Source: an uncultured bacterium
Lineage (GTDB): Bacteria > Omnitrophota > Gorgyraeia > Ghiorseimicrobiales > Ghiorseimicrobiaceae
Assembly (NCBI GenBank): GCA_913009335.1
Contig: CAJVXN010000003.1
Location: forward strand, 3,899 to 67,898
Length of the DNA: 64,000 nt
Direction of reading: 5' to 3'
The number at the start of each line of letters is the position of its first letter. Position 1 is the first letter of the stretch. The notes beneath the pieces were generated by a model, which was given only the letters and a program-made list of their open reading frames with translations, was not told the origin of the DNA and did not search any database. Positions 18,696-29,038 of the stretch are shown here, piece after piece. The position numbers and the translations under genes are program-made.

Positions 18696-19593
18696 TATCT
18701 AAAATATTTTGCATATCATCCGGTAAAACATGTTCAAACTCTATAAATTTTCCGCTTGTTGGATGTATAAAGCCTATATACTTAGCATATAAAGCAAGCT
18801 TTATAGACTTATCTTTCTTTCCGTAAGTTACGTCTCCTAATATCGAATGCCCTAATGATGCCATATGCACACGCAACTGATGTGTGCGGCCCGTCTGAGG
18901 AGTCAACTCTAAATGCGAAAATTTGCTATAGCGTTTTATTACCCTGTATCGAGTTGAAGACGGCCGTCCCCCAACCTTAAAATTTACCGCCATCTTCTCG
19001 CGCCTGGTAGGGTGTCTGCCAATAGGCAAATCAATAACACCTTCATCAAATTCTACCACGCCCGATACAAAAGCAACATAAATCCGCTTTATGGAATGCT
19101 CGGAGAATTGTTTACTTAAATGAAGATGCGCGGGATTATTTTTTGCGACAAGTAAAAGCCCTGCGGTATCTTTATCCAGCCTATGAACTAATCCCGGCCG
19201 CTCAGGATTTATACTTGATAATTGCGTAGAATAAAACAACAAAGCATTCACAAGCGTACCGTCTAAATTTCCGGATGCAGGATGTACGACTAATCCCCGG
19301 GATTTATTAACTACCAATAAATCGTCATCTTCGTAAACTATCTCTAAAGGGATATCCTGAGCTTTTAGTTTTTTCTCAGGTTCGGGAGGAATAACTACGC
19401 GGATTACCTGGCTTGGTTTTATTTTCTGGTTAGCTTTGGCAGGATTTCTATCTACACTGACATCTCCGGAACGAATAAGCTTTTGTATAAAGACTCGTGA
19501 GAAAGCCGGCTTCCCCTCGCTTAGTTTCTCAACCAGATATAGGTCCAACCTTATATTCGCACCTTCCTCGACTTCGAATATATACTCTTGCAT
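18682..19593 (-). CDS. rluD: 23S rRNA pseudouridine synthase, RluA/RluD family
   Basis: N-terminal S4-like domain and HRLDKDTAGLLLVAKN catalytic motif. Confidence 0.8.
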   Translation of the reverse strand: MQEYIFEVEEGANIRLDLYLVEKLSEGKPAFSRVFIQKLIRSGDVSVDRNPAKANQKIKPSQVIRVVIPPEPEKKLKAQDIPLEIVYEDDDLLVVNKSRGLVVHPASGNLDGTLVNALLFYSTQLSSINPERPGLVHRLDKDTAGLLLVAKNNPAHLHLSKQFSEHSIKRIYVAFVSGVVEFDEGVIDLPIGRHPTRREKMAVNFKVGGRPSSTRYRVIKRYSKFSHLELTPQTGRTHQLRVHMASLGHSILGDVTYGKKDKSIKLALYAKYIGFIHPTSGKFIEFEHVLPDDMQNILDNENK

Positions 19594-19645
19594 TTTTAAT
19601 GGCGCCGTTAAAGCCTTATCTAAATAAAAGGAAGGCTTTTAATTA

Positions 19646-20362
19646 TTAGTTTTTGCCCTTATTTGATAATCCGGCGAAGTAGAAAAACATCGATACGGAA
19701 AAAATAACTACGCTTATAACCTGGAATAAAGTGAGGATCCCGACAAACGGAGGGCTGTCCCCGCGCAGAAATTCAATAAAGAACCTCGCCATGGAATAAC
19801 ATATAAGGTATAAAATGAATATCTTTCCTTTTGATGGGTTACGGCGCTCCACTGTTTTTAAAGTAAAAAATATCACAAGCATACTAAGCGAAGAAATAGC
19901 CTGAGTAGGATAAAGTGTATTATACAGCGGCCAGAATTTACCGAAACAGCATCCGTTTAACAAACAACCTATCCTGCCTATAGCCTGCCCTAGAGCAAGA
20001 TAAGGAGCCATTAGATCCAATACGCCTAAAATATCCTGCTTCTTTAATTTAAGATAAGAAAATCCTGAAATCAGCGCGGAGATTAAGCCACCGTACCAAA
20101 CAAGGCCTCCATGCTGAAACATGATTATCTCTTTAGGGCTGCTTATGAAGATATCTATGTTCATGATAATAAACAATAATCTCGCCCCGGCTACACCCGC
20201 GATAAGTGATATCAGGCAAAAATTAGAAATAGTGATAAGATTAATGCTTCTTTTTTTAGCCTCTTTTTCCGAAAGAAGAGTTACTGATAAAAAAGCCAAG
20301 GCAAGAAAAAAACCGTAAGAATAAATTTTGAAAGGGCCTATTGTAAAAAGGATAGGATGCAT
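19646..20362 (-). CDS. lgt: Prolipoprotein diacylglyceryl transferase
   Basis: Polytopic membrane protein with the Lgt signature GRIGCLLNGCCFG. Confidence 0.8.
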   Translation of the reverse strand: MHPILFTIGPFKIYSYGFFLALAFLSVTLLSEKEAKKRSINLITISNFCLISLIAGVAGARLLFIIMNIDIFISSPKEIIMFQHGGLVWYGGLISALISGFSYLKLKKQDILGVLDLMAPYLALGQAIGRIGCLLNGCCFGKFWPLYNTLYPTQAISSLSMLVIFFTLKTVERRNPSKGKIFILYLICYSMARFFIEFLRGDSPPFVGILTLFQVISVVIFSVSMFFYFAGLSNKGKN

Positions 20363-20372
20363 AAAATCAATT

Positions 20373-20828
20373 TTAATGTTCTTTTGCTATTTCTTTTTCG
20401 CTGGGAGTTTTTATTGTATACCAGGCAAATAACACTACCCCTATAGTTATAGCGCTGTCTGCGATATTAAACACCGGCCAAATCCTAAAATCTAAAAAGT
20501 CAATAACGTATCCAAATCGTATTCTATCTATTAAATTACCCGCGGCGCCCGCCATAATTAAAACTAAAGGCAGTTTCAAACTTATGCTCAAACTATCTTT
20601 TTTAGAAATTAAATATCGCGCTATGAATATTACGGCAAAAAATGCTAAGAATATAAAAATAATCCTGCCGTTCTTAAATAGACCGAAAGCGCTGCCGGAA
20701 TTATAAACAAGCGTTAAATGAAATACATTTTTTATTACAGAAAAGGAATTTCCCGGGGAAAGCTTTGCTAAAGCAAGATATTTTGTTAATTGGTCCAGAA
20801 ATAACACGCAAATGCTAATTAATATCAT
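20373..20828 (-). CDS. lspA: Lipoprotein signal peptidase II
   Basis: 151 aa, 4 TM; NSGSAFGLF and FNIADSAI motifs; classic ileS-lspA neighbourhood. Confidence 0.8.
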   Translation of the reverse strand: MILISICVLFLDQLTKYLALAKLSPGNSFSVIKNVFHLTLVYNSGSAFGLFKNGRIIFIFLAFFAVIFIARYLISKKDSLSISLKLPLVLIMAGAAGNLIDRIRFGYVIDFLDFRIWPVFNIADSAITIGVVLFAWYTIKTPSEKEIAKEH

Positions 20829-20883
20829 AGTATCATAGTATCAGAGTGTCATAGACTTTGACACTTTGACTCTCTGATACTTT

Positions 20884-21279
20884 CTATTTCTCTTCTTTTG
20901 TTTCCTGACACTTAACGCACAGCTTTGCATGAGGCACAGCCTTAAGGCGTGTCTTGGCAATCAATTTAAGACAATCTTCGCATATTCCATAAGTTGCATC
21001 TTCTATTCTTCTTAAAGCCTCTGTAACCTTATAAAGCATTTCACGCTCAGCACCCCCTAAAGTTAAAGAAAATTCTCTATCATAGTTATCTGTGGCCACA
21101 TCAGCCATATGATAAGTATAAGATGATATATCCCCTGATGCCTCTTTTTGGGACTTCTTAAGAGAATCTGCCGAAACATGCTCTATGCCTTCTACTATCT
21201 TTTCTTTTTTCTTAAGCAATAGCTCTTTAAATACCTTTAATTCCTTTTTATTCATTTTCTTGCGTGCTTTTGTCTTCAT
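20884..21279 (-). CDS. DksA/TraR-family C4 zinc-finger protein
   Basis: C-terminal CEDC...CVKC zinc finger with conserved spacing; N-terminal coiled coil. Confidence 0.6.
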   Translation of the reverse strand: MKTKARKKMNKKELKVFKELLLKKKEKIVEGIEHVSADSLKKSQKEASGDISSYTYHMADVATDNYDREFSLTLGGAEREMLYKVTEALRRIEDATYGICEDCLKLIAKTRLKAVPHAKLCVKCQETKEEK

Positions 21280-21423
21280 TTAAGTGCCTCCAAAATCTCA
21301 ATAACGAAACAACTTGTGGAGTTTTAAAACGACATAAGTTGTATTTCAGAATTGATCCCGTTGAGTGTATCAAAACTATCGAAGATAATTTTGATACTTC
21401 TTACGAAACGGGATAACCTTTAA

Positions 21424-24174
21424 TTATTTAATCGCGTCTATACATCTACCGCACACTGAATTGCCATACGAATCTTTTTTAATATCTACGCTCCAATTCC
21501 AACACCTTACGCATTTTTCTCCATCGGCCTTATCTACTTCCACCTTAAATTCATCCCCCCTGCCAATAGAAACTGCCGATGTAATAAACATGGCTGGTAA
21601 ATCATCTAAATATTTCTCAAAAAAACTATATTCTTCGTCTTTATCAAAATAAAGCTTAACTTTTGCCTCCAAGGAACTCTTAATTATACCATTGATTCTA
21701 TTTTCTTCAAGTATTTTTAAGACTGTATCCCTGCGAATGATAATACGGGCAAAGTTCTTCTCTAAGTCAGGATTTATATACTCTTTTTTAACCTCCGGCC
21801 AGGATGTCAAATGTACAGATTCTGAAACTTCCGGGGTTTTATCCTTAAAACTCTGCCATATCTCTTCTGCCGTATAAGACAATATAGGCGCTATTGTCTT
21901 TGTGATAACAAGCAATATCTCAAATAAAGCAGTTTGTGCGCTTCTTCGCCCCAAAGACGCATCTTTAAACGTATACAGCCTATCCTTAAGTATATCCAGA
22001 TAAAATGAGCTTAAATCCACAATACAAAAATTATATATAGCATGATATAAAGAGTAAAAATTAAATTTCTCATAATTTGAATTTATCTCACCTAATAGGC
22101 TATGCGTGCGCGAAAGCGCCCACTTATCCAAAAGAAGCATCTTATCATAATCAACAGAATCGCACTGAGAATCAAAATCGTCTAAATTACCCAATAAAAA
22201 TCTCACTGTATTTCTTATCTTTCGATACGCCTCAGACATACGCGCGATTATCTCATCGGATATGCGTATATCTTCCTTATAATCGCTCGATGCCACCCAC
22301 AACCTTAGGATATCCACGCCGTACTTCTCAATAATATCCTGAGGTGCGACAACATTACCAACGGATTTTGCCATCTTTCTGCCATTGCTATCAACAACAA
22401 ACCCGTGTGTTAATACGCTTTTAAAAGCCGGCTTTCCCTCAATCGCTACAGAAGGAATAAGCGAAGACTGAAACCACCCTCTATGCTGATCGGACCCTTC
22501 CAGATATAAATCCGCCGGAAACGCTAAATTTTCTCTTGCCTTTAACACTGCCTGATGACTTACCCCCGAATCAAACCATACATCAAGAATATCATTACCT
22601 TTTTTAAAAGTAGATCCGCCGCATCCGGGACATTTAAAATCTTTAGGAACCAAATCCTCCACATTACGAATAAACCATGCATCACTGCCCTCGTTTGCTA
22701 CTATCTCCGAAAAGTTATTGATAACTTCCGGATACAACCCTTCCTTGCGACACCCTTCACAATAAATTGACGGAATAGGTACTCCCCATAATCTTTGCCT
22801 GGATAGACACCAATCGGGCCTATTCTCTACCATAGTAGTAATTCTCTTCTCTCCTGAGGCAGGCACCCAGTTTATCTTTTTTATAGAATCCAATACTTTC
22901 TTTCTTAAGTCTTTATGATCAATCTTTAAAAAATACTGTTCTGTGGCGCGAAAAATAACAGGATTCCTGCATCTCCAGCAATGCGGATAAGAATGATTAA
23001 TTTGAGATTGCTCAAGTAGCGCATTCTTCTCTTTTAATTTATCAATTATAATCTTATCAGCTTTATGTACGTTTAGCCCCCGGATAAAATCAGGTACGTC
23101 TTCATTAAATTGGCCCTTATTATCTACGGGCATAACAACGTCTAAGTTATATTTTAACCCGGTTAAATAATCTTCCTGCCCATGTCCGGGCGCGGTATGC
23201 ACACAACCAGTTCCTTCTTCAGCCGATACATAATCAGCCAGAACCACTTTACCTTCTCTATCAATAAAAGGATGCTCATATTTTAATCCGTCTAAATCAC
23301 TACCTTTAAACGTACCTATTTTTTTATAATCTTTTACGATCCCGGAATTAACTAAAGTTTCAAGGCGAGACTCTGCCAGAAAAAGCGTAGCAGCACCTAT
23401 TTTAATACTAACATAACTTAAATCAGGGCCAACAGCAATCGCAACATTAGCCGGCAATGTCCAAGGCGTAGTCGTCCAGATAAGTAAATAGTGTTTGCCA
23501 TCGCCAAACTCACCGTCTTTAATCCTAAACTTAACAAATACCGAATTTGAACTATGTTCACTATAGATAACTTCTGCCTCAGCAAGTGCCGTCTCACATT
23601 GATAACACCAGTTAACCGGTTTAAACCCACGATATATATAGCCCTTCTCGACTAAATTTGCTAAAGATTTTAAGATATCTTTTTCATACTGCGGAATTAA
23701 AGTAAGATACGGCTTATCCCACTCACCCAGAATCCCTAATCTTATAAATTCTTTTTTCTGCACGTTAACAAACTTAGAAGCATACTTTTTTGCCTTCCTT
23801 CTAAATTCTACCTGATCAACCTCATGCTTAGTAAGCCCCATCTCCTTAAACAAACTATATTCTACCGGCAGGCCGTGACAATCCCATCCGGGAACATAAG
23901 GCGCATCGAATCCCTGCATGGTTCTAAATTTTATAACTATATCTTTTAATATTTTGTTTAACGCGTGCCCTATATGAATATTGCCGTTAGCATAGGGAGG
24001 CCCGTCATGTAAGATATATTTAGGACTTCCTTTTCGTTTTTTACGGATTAATCCATAGAGATCCATTTTATTCCAGGAAGATAAAATCGCAGGCTCGCGT
24101 TGAGCGAGATTTGCCTTCATGGGAAAACTCGTCTTAGGAAGATTTAAAGTAGATTTATAATTTATCTTGTCCAT
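21424..24174 (-). CDS. ileS: Isoleucine--tRNA ligase
   Basis: 916 aa; HIGH motif (PPYANGNIHIGHAL), KMSKS variant (KMAKSVGN), C-terminal CxxC...CxxC zinc finger. Confidence 0.9.
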   Translation of the reverse strand: MDKINYKSTLNLPKTSFPMKANLAQREPAILSSWNKMDLYGLIRKKRKGSPKYILHDGPPYANGNIHIGHALNKILKDIVIKFRTMQGFDAPYVPGWDCHGLPVEYSLFKEMGLTKHEVDQVEFRRKAKKYASKFVNVQKKEFIRLGILGEWDKPYLTLIPQYEKDILKSLANLVEKGYIYRGFKPVNWCYQCETALAEAEVIYSEHSSNSVFVKFRIKDGEFGDGKHYLLIWTTTPWTLPANVAIAVGPDLSYVSIKIGAATLFLAESRLETLVNSGIVKDYKKIGTFKGSDLDGLKYEHPFIDREGKVVLADYVSAEEGTGCVHTAPGHGQEDYLTGLKYNLDVVMPVDNKGQFNEDVPDFIRGLNVHKADKIIIDKLKEKNALLEQSQINHSYPHCWRCRNPVIFRATEQYFLKIDHKDLRKKVLDSIKKINWVPASGEKRITTMVENRPDWCLSRQRLWGVPIPSIYCEGCRKEGLYPEVINNFSEIVANEGSDAWFIRNVEDLVPKDFKCPGCGGSTFKKGNDILDVWFDSGVSHQAVLKARENLAFPADLYLEGSDQHRGWFQSSLIPSVAIEGKPAFKSVLTHGFVVDSNGRKMAKSVGNVVAPQDIIEKYGVDILRLWVASSDYKEDIRISDEIIARMSEAYRKIRNTVRFLLGNLDDFDSQCDSVDYDKMLLLDKWALSRTHSLLGEINSNYEKFNFYSLYHAIYNFCIVDLSSFYLDILKDRLYTFKDASLGRRSAQTALFEILLVITKTIAPILSYTAEEIWQSFKDKTPEVSESVHLTSWPEVKKEYINPDLEKNFARIIIRRDTVLKILEENRINGIIKSSLEAKVKLYFDKDEEYSFFEKYLDDLPAMFITSAVSIGRGDEFKVEVDKADGEKCVRCWNWSVDIKKDSYGNSVCGRCIDAIK

Positions 24175-24181
24175 ATATTTT

Positions 24182-25039
24182 CTACATATACTTTCCGATA
24201 ATAATATCCAGGTCTTTCTTTGTTTTTTTTGGCACTACATCTTTATTGGTAACGATTGCGTATTTTAACGCGTTCTTGCATTTACAATCCGCGTTATCGG
24301 GCAAATCTCTCACCACCTGCCTTATTATCTTTTTCGCATTTCCCACATTCTCTGTAAGATTCCGCATTACCATTTCAACTGTTACGTTATCATGATTCGG
24401 ATGCCAGCAGTCATAATCAGTAACAGCGGCAAGTGTAGAGTAGCACATCTCGGCCTCACGGGAAAGACGTGCCTCGGCAATATTAGTCATTCCGATGATA
24501 GATGCTCCCCAGGAACGATAAAGATTTGACTCTGCCTTTGTAGAAAAAGCCGGACCTTCCATATTAATATATGTTCCCTTTGGATGCGTCTTAATATTAA
24601 GTTTTTCTGCAGATGATAAAATAATCTTTGATAGATTTAAGCATATTGGATCAGCAAACCCAACATGAGCTACAATACCTTCATCAAAGAATGTCATCAC
24701 TCTCCCCCTATTACTCCTATCAATGAATTGATCAGGTAAAACAAAATCCATAGGGGCCATTTCATCCTTTAAGCTCCCGCAGGCAGAAACAGAAAGTATG
24801 CATTCAACGCCTAACTTCTTCATGCCGAAAATATTAGCCTGATAGTTTATCTTACTGGGTGAAATTTTATGACCCTTACCGTGCCGTGGTAAAAATACCA
24901 CCTCTTTCCCTTCCAGCTCGCCGGTGATGTATTCATCGGAAGGCGAGCCAAAGGGTGTGGCAACCTTAACAGATTTTACTTTCTTAATTCCTTCTATGTC
25001 ATACAACCCGCTTCCGCCGATAATACCGATTTTTGACAT
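24182..25039 (-). CDS. mtnP: S-methyl-5'-thioadenosine phosphorylase / purine nucleoside phosphorylase family
   Basis: MSKIGIIGGSGLYD N-terminus; PRHGKGH and SVSACGSL motifs. The track ORF extends to 25117, but MSKIG at 25039 is the likelier start. Confidence 0.7.
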   Translation of the reverse strand: MSKIGIIGGSGLYDIEGIKKVKSVKVATPFGSPSDEYITGELEGKEVVFLPRHGKGHKISPSKINYQANIFGMKKLGVECILSVSACGSLKDEMAPMDFVLPDQFIDRSNRGRVMTFFDEGIVAHVGFADPICLNLSKIILSSAEKLNIKTHPKGTYINMEGPAFSTKAESNLYRSWGASIIGMTNIAEARLSREAEMCYSTLAAVTDYDCWHPNHDNVTVEMVMRNLTENVGNAKKIIRQVVRDLPDNADCKCKNALKYAIVTNKDVVPKKTKKDLDIIIGKYM

Positions 25040-25181
25040 TTTTACTCCTTTAATAAATGCATAACTCACAGAAACGAAATTAACATAAATTATACGCGTG
25101 AATTGAATCCTTAACATCGTTCATGTCAAAGATAAATTTAGCCATCAAACTTACAAACCTATCGTTTCGTAAGTTTGGGCT

Positions 25182-26018
25182 TCATTTAGATAATTCTTTA
25201 GCACGTTTAAGAGCTACCTTTGCGGCATCTTCTAATGAGCCCCCTCTATGTAAAACTTCTAAACCCGCCTCCGTTGTGCCGCCTTTTGATGTAACCTGTT
25301 TCCTTAATTCCAGCGGCGTAATATTTGACTGCTCAAGAAAAGAAAAACTTCCATAACCCGTAGAATCCGCTAATTTCTTCGCTTCCTCCTTGGTAAAATC
25401 TAAAGATTCTGCTGCTGCTCTCAAAGAAGGAATAAAATCGCTTATTAAATACTCTTTGGCCTCTTTTATTTCTTTGCCCTCAATCAAATCATAATAATAA
25501 CCCGGGCCGCTGCCGGATATAGCGGTCGCAGCATCCATCTTATCCTCATTTAAAACTAATGTATCCCCTAGATTATCAAATAATTCTTGTGCGAATTTAA
25601 GATCTTCCTCTTTTGCAAACTCACCTTTACATAAACAGCTCATCCCCATAGCAATCCTAGCCGGTAAATTTGGCATTACTCTGACTACACGTATCTCTTC
25701 ACCAAAGCATTTACTAATATAAGTTGTCGTTATCCCGGCGGCAATAGAAATAATTATCTTATTCTTTATATAATTTCCTGCTTCTTTTAGTTCTTTTAAA
25801 ATATCAGTAAAGTCCTGCGGTTTAACCGCTAAAATTATCACATCAGCTTCATTACCTAAATCAATTATATCCCCAGCAATGTTTATTTTTGTAAGACCCT
25901 TGATCTTATCCTTATCCTTATCAAAGACCCAAACTTCATGCTTTAATTTAATCTGCTCGGCAATAGCTGAACCCATAAACCCAAAACCGATAATACCTAT
26001 TTTTTTTACAATACTCAT
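25182..26018 (-). CDS. proC: Pyrroline-5-carboxylate reductase
   Basis: KIGIIGFGFMGSAIA Rossmann N-terminus and C-terminal P5CR signature TSKGGTTEAGLEVL. Confidence 0.8.
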   Translation of the reverse strand: MSIVKKIGIIGFGFMGSAIAEQIKLKHEVWVFDKDKDKIKGLTKINIAGDIIDLGNEADVIILAVKPQDFTDILKELKEAGNYIKNKIIISIAAGITTTYISKCFGEEIRVVRVMPNLPARIAMGMSCLCKGEFAKEEDLKFAQELFDNLGDTLVLNEDKMDAATAISGSGPGYYYDLIEGKEIKEAKEYLISDFIPSLRAAAESLDFTKEEAKKLADSTGYGSFSFLEQSNITPLELRKQVTSKGGTTEAGLEVLHRGGSLEDAAKVALKRAKELSK

Positions 26019-26030
26019 AACTTTTATCTT

Positions 26031-26732
26031 TTATTTAAAAATTGCTCTGCCTACTCTTACAATGGTTGAACCCTCCTCAATCGCAACTCCGTAATCCTGG
26101 GTCATCCCCATAGAAAGAACATCTAATCGTGCCTGATGTTTTTTAACCAGGCAATTATTAATTTTATCCTTAAGTAACCTTAATGCCTTAAAATATTTAC
26201 GCGAGTCTTCGCAAGCTTCAGAGAAGGGAGCCATGGTCATTAACCCCTTAAGACGCATATTATCCATGCTTAAAATATGTTGCGCTAAATCTAATGTTTC
26301 CTTCTCCCTCACTCCGCATTTTGTTGCTTCATTCGATAAATTAACCTCAATCAATACATCCTGGATTTTATCTTTTTTTTCAGCCTGCTTATCTATTTCT
26401 TCTGCCAGGCGCAGACTATCCACTGAATGAATCAAATCGAAAATCTCAACTACTGTCTTTACTTTATTAGTCTGCAAGTGGCCGATCATATGCCACGAAA
26501 TGAGATCGACAAGACAATGATCATTAGATAACGCCTGATATTTTTTAAGAGTATCCTGAACTTTATTCCCGCCAAGGCTAGACAGACCGAAATCAATCGC
26601 TTCTTTAATCTGCCCTACTTCTGCCTGCTTGATAACCGCAAGAAGTGTAACCTCGCCTGGGTCTCTTGCGAACTTTTTACAAATAGAAGATATATCGTTA
26701 GAAATACGTAAGATATTCTCTTTTACGGTCAT
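26031..26732 (-). CDS. YggS-family pyridoxal-phosphate homeostasis protein
   Basis: 233 aa alanine-racemase-fold N-terminal domain; LLAVIKQ (PLP Lys) and HMIGHLQTNKVK motifs. Confidence 0.8.
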   Translation of the reverse strand: MTVKENILRISNDISSICKKFARDPGEVTLLAVIKQAEVGQIKEAIDFGLSSLGGNKVQDTLKKYQALSNDHCLVDLISWHMIGHLQTNKVKTVVEIFDLIHSVDSLRLAEEIDKQAEKKDKIQDVLIEVNLSNEATKCGVREKETLDLAQHILSMDNMRLKGLMTMAPFSEACEDSRKYFKALRLLKDKINNCLVKKHQARLDVLSMGMTQDYGVAIEEGSTIVRVGRAIFK

Positions 26733-26866
26733 TTAATGAAACCATAGCTTACGAACACGAAAGTGTGAGTAAGTTATTTGGTCGAATTAAACCCCGCCAT
26801 CGGCGGGGTACATCCTTTTAGACCCAATCCAGTCATACCATAATAACATAACTTCTAATATGGTCA

Positions 26867-26988
26867 ACCCCGTTAGAGATAGGTCGTCTTTGGACGACCG
26901 TATATTTATCGAAAACTTTATATAAACTCTGTGCTTCTTAATCAGGAACTACCGCACTAAATAGTTTAGCTGTTATCTCTAACGGGGT
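26867..26988. repeat. MITE-like copy C of the ACCCCGTTAGAGATA inverted-repeat family
   Basis: IRs at 26867-26881 and 26972-26988; internal hairpin GGTCGTC...GACGACC next to the left IR; intergenic between yggS and the glutaredoxin gene. Confidence 0.5.
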
Positions 26989-27059
26989 CAATAAAAAGCT
27001 TAAAAAGTAGCTTAAAAACGCCACCCTTGAGCTCACCCTAAACCTTTGCCAAAATTTAT

Positions 27060-27335
27060 TTATCGATTATATGCCGAAAGAATTGCTTGAGAGTTATAGC
27101 CCAAAAAGACCTCTGATCCAACCTTAATAAGTGGCACACCACCGTTGCCACCAAGCTTTTTATATTTTTTCCTACATTCTCTACTTTTTTCTATATCATA
27201 TTTTTTATATTTAATCTTTTCCTTTTTTAAGAATTTCTCTAATTTAGTACAAACCGGGCACCAAGTAGTAACATATATTTCTACATTCTTTCTCGTCTTT
27301 TTTCTGCCTGCCGGATTTTCGGCTGCAGAGACCAT
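27060..27335 (-). CDS. Glutaredoxin-family small redox protein
   Basis: YVTTWCPVCTKLEKFL (CPxC active site) and GGVPLIKVG motif. Confidence 0.55.
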   Translation of the reverse strand: MVSAAENPAGRKKTRKNVEIYVTTWCPVCTKLEKFLKKEKIKYKKYDIEKSRECRKKYKKLGGNGGVPLIKVGSEVFLGYNSQAILSAYNR

Positions 27336-27341
27336 CCCAGT

Positions 27342-27557
27342 CTATATTTTATCTTCTACCTCGCGACTAGCCGAACTCCTCCCCCTTGAAACCTCTACTT
27401 TTACAGCTCTATCGCGATAACGCTCAGGAATATCAGAGACAAAGATAACAAAATGAATTTTTCCCTTATCATCCCTATATTTATATGTATCGGCATAAAT
27501 AACGGAGGGGAAAACTACAAACAATACCAAACATAATATATATATAATAATCCGCAT
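27342..27557 (-). CDS. Small secreted protein, DUF4124-like
   Basis: N-terminal signal peptide; YKYRDDKGKIHF resembles the DUF4124 core. Uncertain. Confidence 0.3.
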   Translation of the reverse strand: MRIIIYILCLVLFVVFPSVIYADTYKYRDDKGKIHFVIFVSDIPERYRDRAVKVEVSRGRSSASREVEDKI

Positions 27558-27616
27558 ATTTAGGCACTATAACATAATTAAACACACAGCACAAAATAGC
27601 TAAAAATAACAGAAAC

Positions 27617-28873
27617 CTAAAAATAATCGCTATATATACCTTTTAGCCTCGCTGAGATATACGTCAGAAGATTTGTATCTTTAGATCTAAATATGGTAAA
27701 CTTATTGCTTTTAGTCATATCCAAGCCATAATGCAATAAACCGATAGCAGAAGCAAAGCCAACAGCTCTATTAGAAGATTTAAGCAAATTTTTACCTCGA
27801 AAACCCTCTACCTTAGGAATACCCAGTTTAACCGAGACGCCCAAAACAGACTCAGCCAACTCCAGCAAACCATCCAACAAACTGCTACCGCCGGTTATAA
27901 TCACAGAATAACCTCTACCTGAAAGATAAGAACTCGAATCAATCTTTTCTTTTAAACGCGTAAGTAACTGAGTAACTTCCGGTTCGATTACGCTGGAAAT
28001 AACCCTACGCCGAATAGGCTGATACGAATCATCCTTTTTTATCATCACTTCTTCTTCGGCGTCTATATCTTGGCTTATAGCGCTCCCATAAGCATCCTTT
28101 ATCTCTTCTGCCAGGTTGCGGGGAAGATTTAGAACATCGCAGATTCCGGAAGTAATATTATTACCACCGTAAGCTAAAACATCACAAAAACGTAAGTTAG
28201 CGTCCTTAAAAATAAGAAGATGCGTAAGGTCCGCTCCGATATCAACCAAAACACAACCCTCTTCCTTTTGCTTCTTATCCAATACCGCAAGCGATGAAGC
28301 CAGGCCTGAAAATACCAAAGACTCAATTTCAAGGCCTGCCTGATTAATTAATTTTGCGATATTTTCAATATGATTAATTGAACTCACCGCCAGATATAAA
28401 TCCGCGGCTATCTTATGCCCGTATAAACCCTTGGGATTTAACACTTGGTTATGATCATCTAAAATATAACGATAAGCAAAATCATGTATTATCTCCTCCC
28501 CTAATTTTACATTTAGCGAACGAGCATAGGAATTAACCAAATTTATGTCTGCCTGGGTTACGACTTTATTGCCTCTGTCTGTAAGCGGCGTAACCGCATT
28601 AGCATTGCGAAAAACCAAATCTTTACCGCCTATATTCACATATACACGTTTTATCTTACGGTTTATTTTATTTTCTAATTTTGCTATTAGCTGCTTTAAG
28701 ACGAGCGTTGCTTTGGATATATCCGTAACAACGCCGCCTCTGACTCCCGAATTTTTAGCCTCAACATGCTCAAAACGATAAAAATTTCCCCGTCCGTCCA
28801 CAAGAGATACGACAGCCTTAAATTTACTTGATCCTAAATCTATACCGCAAATTACCTTATCGCGTTTTAGCAT
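27617..28873 (-). CDS. ftsA: Cell division protein FtsA
   Basis: Actin-like ATPase: ICGIDLGSSKFKAVV phosphate-1 motif, VDIGADLTHL and IITGGSSLL phosphate-2/adenosine motifs. Confidence 0.85.
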   Translation of the reverse strand: MLKRDKVICGIDLGSSKFKAVVSLVDGRGNFYRFEHVEAKNSGVRGGVVTDISKATLVLKQLIAKLENKINRKIKRVYVNIGGKDLVFRNANAVTPLTDRGNKVVTQADINLVNSYARSLNVKLGEEIIHDFAYRYILDDHNQVLNPKGLYGHKIAADLYLAVSSINHIENIAKLINQAGLEIESLVFSGLASSLAVLDKKQKEEGCVLVDIGADLTHLLIFKDANLRFCDVLAYGGNNITSGICDVLNLPRNLAEEIKDAYGSAISQDIDAEEEVMIKKDDSYQPIRRRVISSVIEPEVTQLLTRLKEKIDSSSYLSGRGYSVIITGGSSLLDGLLELAESVLGVSVKLGIPKVEGFRGKNLLKSSNRAVGFASAIGLLHYGLDMTKSNKFTIFRSKDTNLLTYISARLKGIYSDYF

Positions 28874-29038
28874 ATAACCCAGATTTTTCTAATGAAAAAT
28901 CTGTCCGTAGGAGCAACCGTTGAAAGCTCAAAGAGATTTCAACGCGCTTGTTGAGGTAATCCCGAATTTTGTAGTGTATTTCTAAAATTTGGGGTAAACC
29001 TGTTTTATCTATTTGCCCGCCTAACTTAGCGCTATTAT

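Noticed and set aside
20829-20883. Short tandem repeats CATAGTATCATAGTATCAGAG / GACACTTTGAC upstream of lspA, considered as a CRISPR-like or iteron array
   Set aside because: Only 2 irregular copies with no spacer structure; better explained as promoter/operator sequence (reported as low-interest motif).
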